Shown: positions 52,801-64,000 of the stretch, one piece after another
Layout: the number at the start of each line of letters is the position of its first letter
How positions within the stretch are numbered: position 1 is the first letter of the stretch
Assembly (NCBI GenBank): GCA_002633005.1
Contig: NMRA01000378.1
Span: 1 to 64,000 of the forward strand
DNA: 64,000 nucleotides
Origin: Phoronis australis
Lineage: Eukaryota; Animalia; Phoronida
Direction of reading: 5' to 3'
The notes under the pieces: model-generated
What the model saw: only the letters and a program-made list of their open reading frames with translations
Told to the model about the DNA's origin: nothing
Database searches by the model: none
Program-made: the position numbers and the translations under genes

Positions 52801-55800
52801 GCGTGGGTATGCGGGAGTCTCGAATTCTTGGGATTCCTTACCTCAGTGTTGACTAAAAAAAAACCCGTAAACGGGGTCTGTTCAAGCCTACGCATTGTTT
52901 ATTCGCCCCCCGAGCCCCCCCCCCTCCCTGGTTGCGCACGCGTGCTAGTCATCAATTTGCACTCGATCTCCCAAAAAGTATCTGGTAGAATTTTAGGGGG
53001 CAATGGCCCGCTTGCCCCCCCCCCCTAACTCCGCCACTGACCGTGACCAACAATGCAATGAATAGTGTCTCAAATCCTCAAATGCGATCATTCAGTCCTT
53101 AATCCTATACTTCAGAAGAGCAATGGTTATTATTCTGACAGTACTGATGACCACAGTGAATAACTGGATGAATTAGCTGTTCAAACGTAGCCTGGTTTAG
53201 TCTACTTTTGAGAGGAATGCACAGCAAGTTCATCAGTGAAAAGACAATATCTTGTATGTTTCTACAGGGCCCACAATCCCTCGAGTTTTGGGACTGAACA
53301 TTGGCCCCATTGCCCTCTGAAAATTTTGTAAAAATCACTCGAAATTCCCCTCATGAAGGCCAAAACTTCTCCTCAAGTGACAAAATATCCTCCTCGAGGT
53401 TCAGATCACCTGCAACACACAAGCGCTGATAGGAAACAGCACAAAATCTTATTTTTGGCTGCTTGGCCGAGGCACAGGCTATATTTAGGCTAGCGAAAGG
53501 GGTGGGGGTACTGACCGGAAGAGGGGTAGAATTTTCCATTGCCGCTAGGTGGTGGGTAGCCAGCACGCAGGTTGCACTTATATTTTCCTCGGAAAATTTT
53601 TTTATACCGGCGTTTCTGATTGGCTGGCCAAATTCTCAACAGGGAGCGCTTTACAAAACAAATTGGCATGACAAATGGAGCAAATGTAAATGTGGTCTGT
53701 TGTACATGTACAGAAAAATCCAGGTGCTTAAAATTTATGTTCAGGAAATCTGAATCCCAGAAATTGTGGTTGCGCCTTTTCGGAGTGCATCTTTCTACTG
53801 TCGATGACTTTTGTTTACGATACTGTCCTGTATTCACACAGTATGGATAACACCGCACCGCTTAAATCGCCGGGTCAGATGTGTTTATTGTACATATATG
53901 TGCTTCAAGCACGCAGCTATTAAACATCACTGCAGAAACGAAATAGTCGCTGCTACGCCATTTGCATGACAAGGCTAAAAATCGTTCACAATCTGCCATT
54001 TTTTCACGTTGATGTAAAACTAACCAATGACTGTCAAGGTTATATCGACCAATGCTAAAGCGGGTGCTACTGCGTGATACCTGCGTGTTGGCTATAGGCA
54101 CGTAGAGAACCAGCGAGTACCTGTCGGCAGAACATCCAGCACGTCTTCGTTGTTTAGAACCAATAAAAGGCAATCTTTCTGCTCGGGTTTTATTCCAAAT
54201 TCTAGCTGCAACAATTCACACACCCGGCCTTCGTGATTGTCTCCATGTTGCGACGATCATCGAACAAAGGTGATAATGTCATGAACGTCGGGGATTCCCT
54301 TAGGGATTCCCCAACATCTGACGTCAAGGGAAATAACTTCGATAGTTCCTGATATTTGAACGACTTCAAAAATAAAGTGGTTAGGACAAAACACTATTAA
54401 CTGACACTAAGTGCTTTGGTAAGGTGATCATGGCAATCACGAATGTTCGCTTTTGGCCATAAATAGGTTCTAAGCACTTTTGTATGTGACACTTGCTTTG
54501 ACAGTGACTAAAGACGGTGTGTTTGAATACGATATTTTTAGGTTGTCTAATTAGGTTAAAATCATGAGGGCGGGAATTTTTGATTGTTCAGAGGGAAATG
54601 TTATGACACGTGACGGAGATTTTGCGTGACAATTTTATACTCTTCAGAGGGGGCCGTGATAGGGCCGATTTTCGACCCCAATTCGACTCGAAGGGAACAC
54701 GGGCCCTGTAATATTTGAACGTACATAATTACGGTACTCAGTGAATTTCGTGACAAGAAGAAAAGGTAGATGAGCAGTGAAGTAACTTCTTTAAGCCACT
54801 GAACTACCATACCGGTGGCCGTTTGTTTCACAACAACATTAGCGTCGGTCTCCAAAAGAATCAGTCTTTAGGTTACAACAAGTTGAGTATCTGTGTACTC
54901 CCCTGTGCCGTCGACGGGTAGCGCCAGGGAGTGACTTCACTACTGAAACGTCTTCCCCGGCCCCCCGACTAGTGATATAGGCTATGCCACAATCTGTGAT
55001 CAGTGGGAGCAATTGTTTCAGGTCAGAAGAAAGTGGTCTCTACTCACGTGGACAGAGAAACTTTATTTCGTAGTCATGGCAAGGATTTCCTGATGTCTGG
55101 TCGGAGTTCTGACAGACAAGACCGTCGACAGGACTGCAGCGGGTTGCCAGGACATCTGGTGGTGTACCGCTATAGTTTCTGAACTGAGACAAGGGTTCTC
55201 CTTTCACTCGGCAGACGGCGTCTTTGGGGATACCTCCATTGCAAACTGGTCGTCCTTTGGCCTGCTCGATTATCAACACTTAATGACAAGAAATTTTATA
55301 AATCATTTTGAACCGTAAAGTACAATGGTTGACGGGCTCCACTATTTTTCTACCCCACGTAAAGTACGAAAGACTGAGAGTGTTTTGAAGGTGCGGCTAT
55401 ATAAAGACCCCTACGAGGGAGCGCGTTATGATTGGGTCCCCCACCGTAGTGAAACACAAATTAATACGCCGGTTATGGCAAATCAAGTTCACTCTCTTGC
55501 GATAATGTCGTTTTCGGAATTCGTTTTAGATCCATGTTTTCCATTTACAGTCAATTCAAATTATATGCATTAAAAAAACTACCATGGCGGCGATGTCCGA
55601 CCGTCGTGCCAAAGATACTGAATACTCGGTTGCAATCACCTTTGATTCAACCAGAGCACTGTAGTAGATATGATGTCGTGAAAGGGGAGATCAACCACAA
55701 TTACCGTCAAAGAAAGAATGTCCGCGTAAGGCTTAGAAAACGTTGTCGTCTCGGCGGGGGGCGCTTTTGACTAGGCAATGACCATCGCCCCTGTTGCCCG

Positions 55801-56618
55801 ACCAGAGGCGATGCAAGCTCCTATAGGCGCTCCATACGCCGGAAGCTTTTCGGCAAATTATGCCTCGCACCGACTAAAACATCAAAGTTACGTTGTTATA
55901 AATACCTTGTGCGCATCACCTTAGTGTTTAATTTCTTCCAACTCGAACAAATACTCCCGTTATTAAACTTTTTCTTCAAATGGGCGCCAGAGAATAAACT
56001 TTGTTACAGTCTCTGCCGACCCACTCATCTCAGAGCAGTGGAGGTAATATGGCTATCACTATGCAAAAACGACTTACCTGGAAGTCTGACGGTCGTTCGA
56101 AGTCACCCTGGCCCGAGCTTGGGGTGTCTATACTCAAAAAGTCTGTCCAGTGCTCTGAAAACATCATGGGCAGGTGACTCAGTATTGTGGAGAGACCTTC
56201 TCTTATAATGTACAGTGGTGTACGTGGTTGAATGATTCAGTGACGAGCAAACTGTTTTTAAATACATTGGTTTTCACATATCATAGAATTACGTTAACGA
56301 TCAATTACCCTTTACAACTTTAATGAATATGCATGCGTCCTGAACTTTGACCCCGGCATAGTACTGGCAGGACAACAGATATTGGCGGTTGTTGTCCAAG
56401 TCGATCGTCTCCCCAGCGCTCAGGGTATTGGGGGCGGGAAGGTCGAAGTAAGCGTTTGGGTCAGGGGATACCACGTCTGTCTTGATAATGTCAGATGGAT
56501 AGTAGCTCAGCAATCCTGCTGACGATGGTTTCAACAGCATAAGTACGACAACTGAAACGATATGAAGTATGTTAACGTGATGATGGCGACGGATGTTCGT
56601 GCATGATTTACAATTCAT
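49876..56618 (-). CDS. Secreted M4-family (thermolysin/pseudolysin/vibriolysin-like) zinc metalloprotease with WxxW cassette in the propeptide
   Basis: Exon 56618-56309 has a signal peptide and FTP-like CQYYAGVKV, ending in a phase-1 donor. Exon 51176-49876 starts at a phase-1 acceptor and has PepSY-like VDTATGELIQFW, GIGGNMKTG, SPLNDAH, HELAH, GAVNEAYSD, DVHEGSGIYNRAF and GACGV. Two WxxW exons lie between them. Confidence 0.88.
52717..53039. mobile_element. GC-ended MITE remnants in protease intron
   Basis: CAGGGGCCGATCCAGGATTTT start and ...CCCCCTAACTCCGCCACTG end, with poly-C/G tracts typical of these MITEs. Confidence 0.45.
55048..56154 (-). CDS. Mucin2_WxxW-like domain encoded by two exons (56154-56078, 55261-55048)
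   Basis: HWTDFLSIDTPSSGQGDFERPSDFQ|AKGRPVCNGGIPKDAVCRVKG...CSPVDGLVCQNSDQTSGNPCHDYEIKFLCP, with canonical splice sites in phases 1-0-1. Confidence 0.82.
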
Positions 56619-58797
56619 ATTTAAAATGGAACATTAAATATCTAGATTTACAAGACATTTTTGTCAGAAAGCCCCCAGTTTTGTAGTTTAGGATATGACG
56701 ATACGAGATCAACCAATTAACCAATGGAATTAGTCCATCAATCGTGTTCTCGTAATGGTTGGTTGAACAATAGTAAAAATGCGTACATAGCACCTACAAT
56801 ATACATAATTTATGTGCTCGCAATAAGTGCAGTTAACCAGCGTGGAAGGTCGTTATTGACCTGTTAGACTGGCTTGCCACCAGGCGCTTATAAAGTTTCA
56901 CTACCCAAGTGGGTATGGCCGTCACAGGAATTCCGGGGTATTTATCGCAACTAAATTAACTTCCAACAAAGAAGAAGAACGCAATGACGCTCTTATTTGT
57001 GGAAGTATAAATACACTGCAGTCCGGACAAAAGGTCGACGTTTTAACTCCAGCACAGGGTTGCATGCTTTAAACTAGGCATAGCAGTATATCACACAACA
57101 TTAATTGAAACAGGTTGTCGTTATTATGATTAAAAGTGTCTCACCTATCAGAGAAAAGCTCAGATGCATCTTGCGGCTAGGTCAGGGCTGAACAAAAATC
57201 GATCTTACTTTGCCGTTAGACAAATTAAAAGATTAATTTTGGTGTCGATTGACAGTTATCATTGGATATTTAATTTGAAAATCGGCCTTTGACTTACGTG
57301 TGAACTGTTTGCAATGCGCAAGCTTAAATGTGTTCTCTGATTAAAAGGCACTGTCGTATATAACGAGCGTTGAAAACAACTACAATCTGCGCGAGATGTT
57401 CATAAAAGTGCTTCATGGAACCTCATCGCCAGCACCTGGACAATTAGAATTTGTGAAAAAGATCATGAAAGCGAAAGCGCAGGTGAGGCCACCACAGATG
57501 TTTCTTTCAGTTTATTAAACTTTCAATGAAATTATCATTTCGTACATAAAGTTTGAAGGACAAGTTCAGCCAGTTCGAGTAATTAAGCTTTACCGCAGTG
57601 TATGGAGATAACCCATATAAACAAAGCAACGATTAGCGATCTTTTGTAAGTGGAGCTTCCCTGCTGAAGAATTCGCTTCCCCATGAACAATACAGCCACT
57701 CACAGATATCTTTGACAACGTGTTTGATGGACGCTCACCATGGCCCAGTCCTATGGAACACCCTTAGCGTCATCTAGTGACTTGTCTTTTCTGACACGTG
57801 ACCAGTCATTTCTAACACACTAACGCGTCACTTAAGCTGTCGAACACATGTCGATGTTCTTAAAAGAACCAATCGGTGTTAAAGGTTATACAGCTAGTGT
57901 GTTCACCAAACCAATGAGACCGTCACGTTTTGACGTGATTGACAAGTACGAAGGCTGTCAATCATATACATTAAGTGTTTCAAGGGATAAATACACAGCA
58001 CGAAAGTGTCCCGGAAAGTGTGCCACATGGACATAGTCTCAAATAGAATTGACACCCTATGAATACCCACAGTCTTCACTAAGCAAAAGTCTACTTATAT
58101 CTTCACTGATCAAGATTATGCAAGATTCGTATCACTGAGTAAGCACACATATACTATAATAATTATTTACACTTTGAAACAAGACAAATACCAACAGAAC
58201 AGCACAATGTCTCACCGAAATGCAACCCATGGAATATCTTGTCTTCATTGAGCGAGACTATTTACGTTTTCATAGACCAAAAACGTAGAATACGTGAACC
58301 CGTTGATGCTTCAATTTAGAGCAAAACATAACTGAAACAAGCCAGCACCATAATGCAACCCAATCTTCACTATGTAAGACTACGCTTACCTGCATGTACA
58401 TTCACTGTCCAAGTGTACAGAATATTTGCATCAGCTCACTCAGCACTTATCATGCTTATGCCATACTTACACGCACAAGTATTTACCTCAAAGAACAAAT
58501 ATATCAACAAGCACACGCTGTCTCACATCAAAAGCAACGTGTCTTAACCGAATAAGGGCATACTTATTCGTACATCTTCACTAACCAAGGATATACAGTA
58601 ATTAGATCTGCTCACTTTAAGGCATTTACTTTAAAGAACAATGACTGTATGAATACCGTTTTAAAACAATGTAAGGTTTGTAAAAAGTAAACCACGGTAA
58701 AACGCATTAAAACGACATTTGTGGTCGATAAAATATATATTTAAAGACTTAAATCTAACGTTTAACGGCCACAGTGTTTTGCTTTTTGGTACTTTAA

Positions 58798-59750
58798 CAG
58801 TGGCGGATCTAGGATATCACAAGGGGGGCCAACATGTTTTCTGAAAACATTTGTGCAAAGCACGATTAGATGCGCCTGGCACCGAATGGCCCAGGAAATT
58901 TTTTCTGTTTTCTCCTCTAAAAATCAAGCATTTTCCTTGATTCCTGAAGTATTATCCAAGAAAAAAGGCAAAGAAAAAGAAAAATAAAAAACAAAAACAC
59001 AGCGAACGTGTCAAACATAAAAAACTACAAAGTTCACGGACGCAAACTCACAACCTGGCAGAAAGAGCGAGAGTACTGTACCACTACACCACCACGACTA
59101 CACTCAAAATTTGATGATAAGAGACCTACTTGTTTATGGTCCACAGCGCTGGCGCGCGAAACCTACTTCTTTTTGTAATGCTTATTACACTTTTTATACT
59201 TTTTGCAATCAGTTCGTAACAAATTTGTTGTATTTAAAATAGTCTTCAATTGCCCAAATTACCAAATCCGTTTTTTTTGTGTGGGCACTAATGAGGCGAT
59301 TGCTTTTTAAATCGTCTTAAGTTAAGGTTTGACAAAGAGATAATTAAGAGTTTCTGAGTGATTAACCGAGGCTTCGATTAAAATTCACATCTTACCAGCA
59401 GCTTCTGTTTTTTCATCGTCACTCAGATTCCATTTTCTTTAAAAAAATGAAGTAATTTTCTTCATTGCACAGTGAAGCAGACGACGGAAACGGAGTCGTA
59501 GTGCGCAGCGCCAATGCCGGTCGCCTGGGATATCGCTGGAGAGCCTATACTTAGCCATAGTTTTTTACGATTGAGCCGTGTTCCGAATTTGACTCTTGAA
59601 ATTGGATCTGAGCCCCCCCCCCCAAAAAAAAACGCTAAAACTGCACACATTAGAATCTTGTTTCCCCCGCATAATGTTAATTACCGGGGTTAATTAATTA
59701 ACTCAACATTGGCCTACGCTCTTGCTGTTTTATTTTTTTCCGGCAGCCAA
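58798..59750 (-). mobile_element. Same repeat family as 32550/34379 (copy C)
   Basis: Begins CAGTGGCGGATCTAGGATATCA. The body is the reverse complement of 34538-35150. The right boundary is approximate. Confidence 0.7.
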
Positions 59751-60809
59751 TGTTTAAAGAAAAAACAATAACATGCCACTGATTTCTCACAAAAACATTT
59801 TGTGGCATACCCTGTTGTCACTCATCAAGAGTACACTTATTTGTATATTTTAACTAATCATGCACTACTCCAGTGTGCTCATTTACGACATTAAAGGAGA
59901 ATGCCACCCAAAAAGCAACCTATTTTGTATCAAGTTAGATCTAGAAGTTCTACTCGATAACGGCACGGCATACGGAGGTGTTGAAATTATCCAATGACGT
60001 CATAGGTTTCACACGCAGTCTGTTCAGCAGTTCACAACACGGATTACTGGTGTCATCTCATTGCTTTAATTCATCGTTTAACACCAATAAATCATCAAAC
60101 TTCGATGTACAGGTAAAACCCTTGGAAATACACCAAGTTCTTATATAAAGCATGTTGTTTTATTTCGCTGTTACGAATTTATTGGTGCTTGGACACACCG
60201 TAGCCTACAAAGTTCGGCAGGCCAATTACCAAGGTCCGTAGCAGGAGTTTGGGACCTATTCGGAGATAAATTCGAAGTATACTTCCGTGAAATACAGACA
60301 GGAGAACTTATAACTGTGTTGTTTAGACTTGTGAGTTTTTGAGTTCTAAGCACATAAAACGCTTGTTATCCCAGCCAGTAGCTCGGAACCCGATTAGGCC
60401 CGTTGCGGCCGGACTAACTCGTTATCCCGGCCAGTGCCCGGCCGGGCTCGGAACCCAATCATAAACCAGCTTGAGTTGGAAACTAAACCTCCAGTCAAGA
60501 AAAGACATAGGGAGCCAAAGAAATAACGTGTATGTAATTATTTATTTGAATTAGCCACTAAACTGAAAATCTACTTACTTGTCCGGGGCCGCGAAGTCGC
60601 CGGGTTCCCATTCCAGAGACCATCATGGCAAAGTTTGTACAGTAACAATGATTTCGATAATGTGTTTGCATTTCTGAATAAAGATTCCCTTAAAATGTGA
60701 CGATAGCATATAAAATCGAGTAATTGTTTCACAACAGCTACATGTATCTGTCAGCAAACACTGAAATAGCATACGCTCACACGGCCTCGGAGCCCGGTCA
60801 ATTACCTTT

Positions 60810-61463
60810 AGTGTGGTTGGAGTCAAGAATGGTATAGTCAAATGCCTTGCATCAAGATCAAAGGAAATCTGCAGTGATACAGCACACCAAGCAGAAATGA
60901 CCAACCTGACGGAGACATTCGAAAGAAATGTCTACCAAGGGATTTTATCAAGTCGGCTTTAACATCGCAGAAGAAAGACAAAGTGGCAGAAGAACGCCCA
61001 CTGCAGGCTATGTGCTTACCGTATATACCCGGAATAACCGAGAAGCTAGGACGCATATGTAGAGAATTTAAAATAAGAACAGTATACTGCAGGTCAGACA
61101 CACTGGGTCGGATGGACAAAAGTCAAACCAAGAACTGACATGGAAAAAAGAAAAATGTCATCTATGAAATCCCATGTGAATGTGGTGAATCGTATATCAG
61201 TGAAACATTAAGACCACTGGAGACAAGAATTGCTGAGCATAAGAGGAGTTGTAGAGAAGGTAATACCTCATCAGAAGTAGCAGAACACATGTGGTCGAAA
61301 CAACACAACATCCAGTGGAATAACATCCGAATACTTGACAATGAAACAGGTTGGACCAAGAGAAAGATCAAGGAAGCCATGTACATGAAAGTACAAGGCA
61401 ATGTCTTCAGTCAGCCAAGCAAACAACCAAGTGACACCTGGCTCAGTCTACTTAGGAAGGTTT
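60810..61463 (+). mobile_element. Penelope-like retroelement fragment (RT C-terminus + GIY-YIG endonuclease)
   Basis: VKNGIVKCLASRSKEICS...LPYIPGITEKLGRICREFKIR...VIYEIPCECGESYISETLRPLETRIAEHKR...VAEHMWSKQHNIQW...RKIKEAMYM, frameshifted. Confidence 0.88.
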
Positions 61464-61539
61464 TTAAACCTTCCTAAGTAGACTGAGCCAGGAATTTTAT
61501 TGTACTTAAAAGTATATTAAAATTCCCTCTAAGTAATTG

Positions 61540-63504
61540 TAGACCGGCAGCCCAGAGCACTTAGCATAGATGAACGAGGTACCCAACATCTGACCATGGG
61601 AGCATTTAGAGTCCACCTCAGTATGTACAGAAATGGACGCCTGCCGTTGTCTGTGCTCTGGGTGTGACCTCTGGAGCCTTACAAAGGGCCCAAAAATGAG
61701 CTAGACTAGATATTCGAGGTACCAACCAAAACTGATTTAAAACCAACAATAGCACCGCACTGACCACTGAATGACCCATGACAGACAAATTGTACTCTGG
61801 AATGGGTCCGGAAGAAACCAAAAGGGTACCACAATAAACAATTCCATGTGATTCAATGTTACTGGTTACCAAATATCCTATGACAGTTAAAACCCAGTGT
61901 TTGTTGGGCTCGCCAGACCGGAAATCTCAACTACTGGTAAGCGGTAATTTTGAAAATGTACGACATATTAGACGATGAGTTTATACTTTTGCGTCTACTG
62001 AGCTCTCACACTGGTAATTGTCAAATGGATGATGGCGGAGAGTAAGCATTTTGGAAAGTACCTGATAACAGTAAAACTTTGGGATACCAGGAACTGTCTA
62101 AAACCAACCCACACAGTGAAGTTTGAGAACGCAGATTGTGTAAAATACAAAACGCTATCAAAACTGCCATCAGAAAGGATACGTCAGCGACAACATATGG
62201 CCCCTAAATTAGCGCCCGAGGAACCACGAAAATTATTTCCAAAGAGCCCTTTCATTCCATTGAGTACTAAACAATACGCTGAAAGAAAAGTAACAGATGT
62301 TTTTAAAAACCTTCTTTAATCAAATTAAACTACATGAAATAGAGCAACACTTTCAAAGAGCATCGTAAGAGATAATTAAAATCACTGTATCGACGAGATC
62401 ATCAAGCTACTACATGTATATGCTGAATGTCAACAGTAGTTTCCTGTTAGTTTTAATACATGTACATATCAGTATCAGATTCGTCACTGCTACTCCAGCT
62501 TGATTTGGCCCGCTTGTGTCGTCATAGCCCATTTCCTCTACCTATTGATCGGTTTGGTTTTCTTGTAAAAAACTAGCACCTTCAAAAAGGAAATAGGAAC
62601 GGTAGATCCACAAAACCATTCGGGAGTGTAATATCCATCTTGTACCTTCCAACCGTAGGTGAGAGGATCCAAACCGTTTCCCGGCCGGATTGGCGGAATC
62701 CACTTGACCCCAGAGCAAAGCAACACAATGGGCTCGTTTGAAATTGTTCAATAGTGTCTTTCGGCAAAGAGGAAGCAATGCGCAGTCAATCTTCTTGATG
62801 TTGGACATCGGCTTTTTCTGAAATAAATAGTGAAAAAATTTTATTGACGATTGTCCAAAAGCTGACGAACAAAAACACAAAACCTCACCACCATTTACTG
62901 TTTTTAGGTATGACGTGAAACTAGGCCTTTTGGTTTAATACTATGAGAACATTTGCAATTATTTTTGTTGCTTTTATGAATTATATTTTATCAAGTACAG
63001 TTATTACCTTGTTTGTTCTTCCGGTCATCTCGGTTAATTTCAGATATCTCGCTTCATGGACTAGTCTAGCTCAAATTTTGATGGCATATCATGGTTGAGA
63101 TTGTTGGGGGTTTCTGCCGGGCACAACCCAGAGTGTATTTTGTTCATCACAGGGGTTTTAGTGATCTGTGATATGTATTGAATCATATGGAATTGGTTTT
63201 GTCTGGTACCTCGAATGTATGTGCTAGCTCATTTTTGGGGGTCATTTTTTGATTTCTGCCGGACCCATACCAGAGTGCAATTTGTCTGTCATGGGTCATT
63301 TGGTGTGCAGTGCGGTACTATTGTTTCCTTTTAAATCAGTTTTGACTGGTACCTCGAATATCTAATCTAGCTCATTTTCTGGGCCTTTTGTAAGGCCCCC
63401 AGGGGTCACACTCAGAGTACATACTGAGGTGGACTCTAAATGCTCCCGTGGTCAGATGTTGGTACCTCGTTCACCTATGCTAAGGGCTCTGGGCTGCCGG
63501 TCTA
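61540..63504 (-). mobile_element. Non-autonomous Academ-like DNA transposon
   Basis: TTG|TAGACCGGCAGCCCAGAGC...GCTCTGGGCTGCCGGTCTA|TTG: 3-bp TSD, TAG...CTA termini and long (~270+ bp) imperfect TIRs. An internal coding remnant at 62540-62880 (LLPLCRKTLLNNFKRAHCVALLW / DPLTYGWK...PEWF) resembles the AcademX C-terminal region. Confidence 0.75.
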
Positions 63505-63510
63505 TTGGCA

Positions 63511-63590
63511 GACTCCGTGGTGTAGTGGTTAAGGTGCTGGACTCGAATTATCTGTAGTTTCAGAAGTCGTGGGTTCCAATCCTGCCGCGC
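63511..63590 (+). mobile_element. tRNA-derived SINE head
   Basis: A box TGGTGTAGTGG and B box GGTTCCAATCC, with no intact cloverleaf. Confidence 0.6.
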
Positions 63591-64000
63591 ACAAAAAATC
63601 ACAGCATGAGTGTACCACGTATACGTGCTCGTTCTTCTAAGAACGCGGGAACACCTGACGATAGCCGGAGAAGAGACCGACATAGTTGTAATACGCCACC
63701 ACCTCAGAGCGGTTTTAGGAAGTCATTAGGTCACAGTTGGCTAACAATAACATCAAACATGTATATATTTGTCGAGTTTAGGGCTACCAGTACCTGTGTA
63801 GTCTATAACAGTTTTACCTTTATTTACAGTTACAAAGCGGTCATTCTAGTTTTTTATCTATAGTTTGTCGATGATTCATGATGCATGGACTGTTTTAAAA
63901 GTGCCCTGTGGTTGGCTGCTGTGTTCATACATGTATCTTCAGTTAGGTAATAATTGGTCTCGCGTGAGAGTTGATATTTCATGCTATTGGTAATGTCGCT

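Noticed and set aside
63511-63590. Functional tRNA gene
   Set aside because: A and B boxes are present but acceptor and anticodon stems do not pair; better explained as a SINE head.

Overview
Eukaryotic DNA from an animal: spliceosomal GT-AG introns, microsatellites and invertebrate-type genes suggest a marine invertebrate, probably a lophotrochozoan (inference). Host-type genes are a secreted VWA-domain protein (runs off the left end), a tandem pair of AP-1 bZIP genes (ATF3/JDP2-like and Fos, both on the minus strand, exons reconstructed by hand) and a class A orphan GPCR head-to-head with Fos. Two genes look horizontally acquired but domesticated. One is an intact SPPY-type amino-methyltransferase (N4C/N6A-type, prokaryote/giant-virus-like) with a candidate 5'UTR intron. 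The other is a bacterial-type M4 (thermolysin/elastase) protease whose propeptide intron holds a symmetric phase-1 WxxW domain cassette. Mobile DNA is abundant: two Kolobok-like non-autonomous elements (TTAA TSD, long TIRs containing the THAP start), a decayed intron-containing P-element/THAP9 transposase, a probable P excision footprint, an Academ-like element, a Penelope fragment ending in a perfect hairpin, MITEs and a SINE head. All family assignments come from motif recognition by eye; no database search was run.
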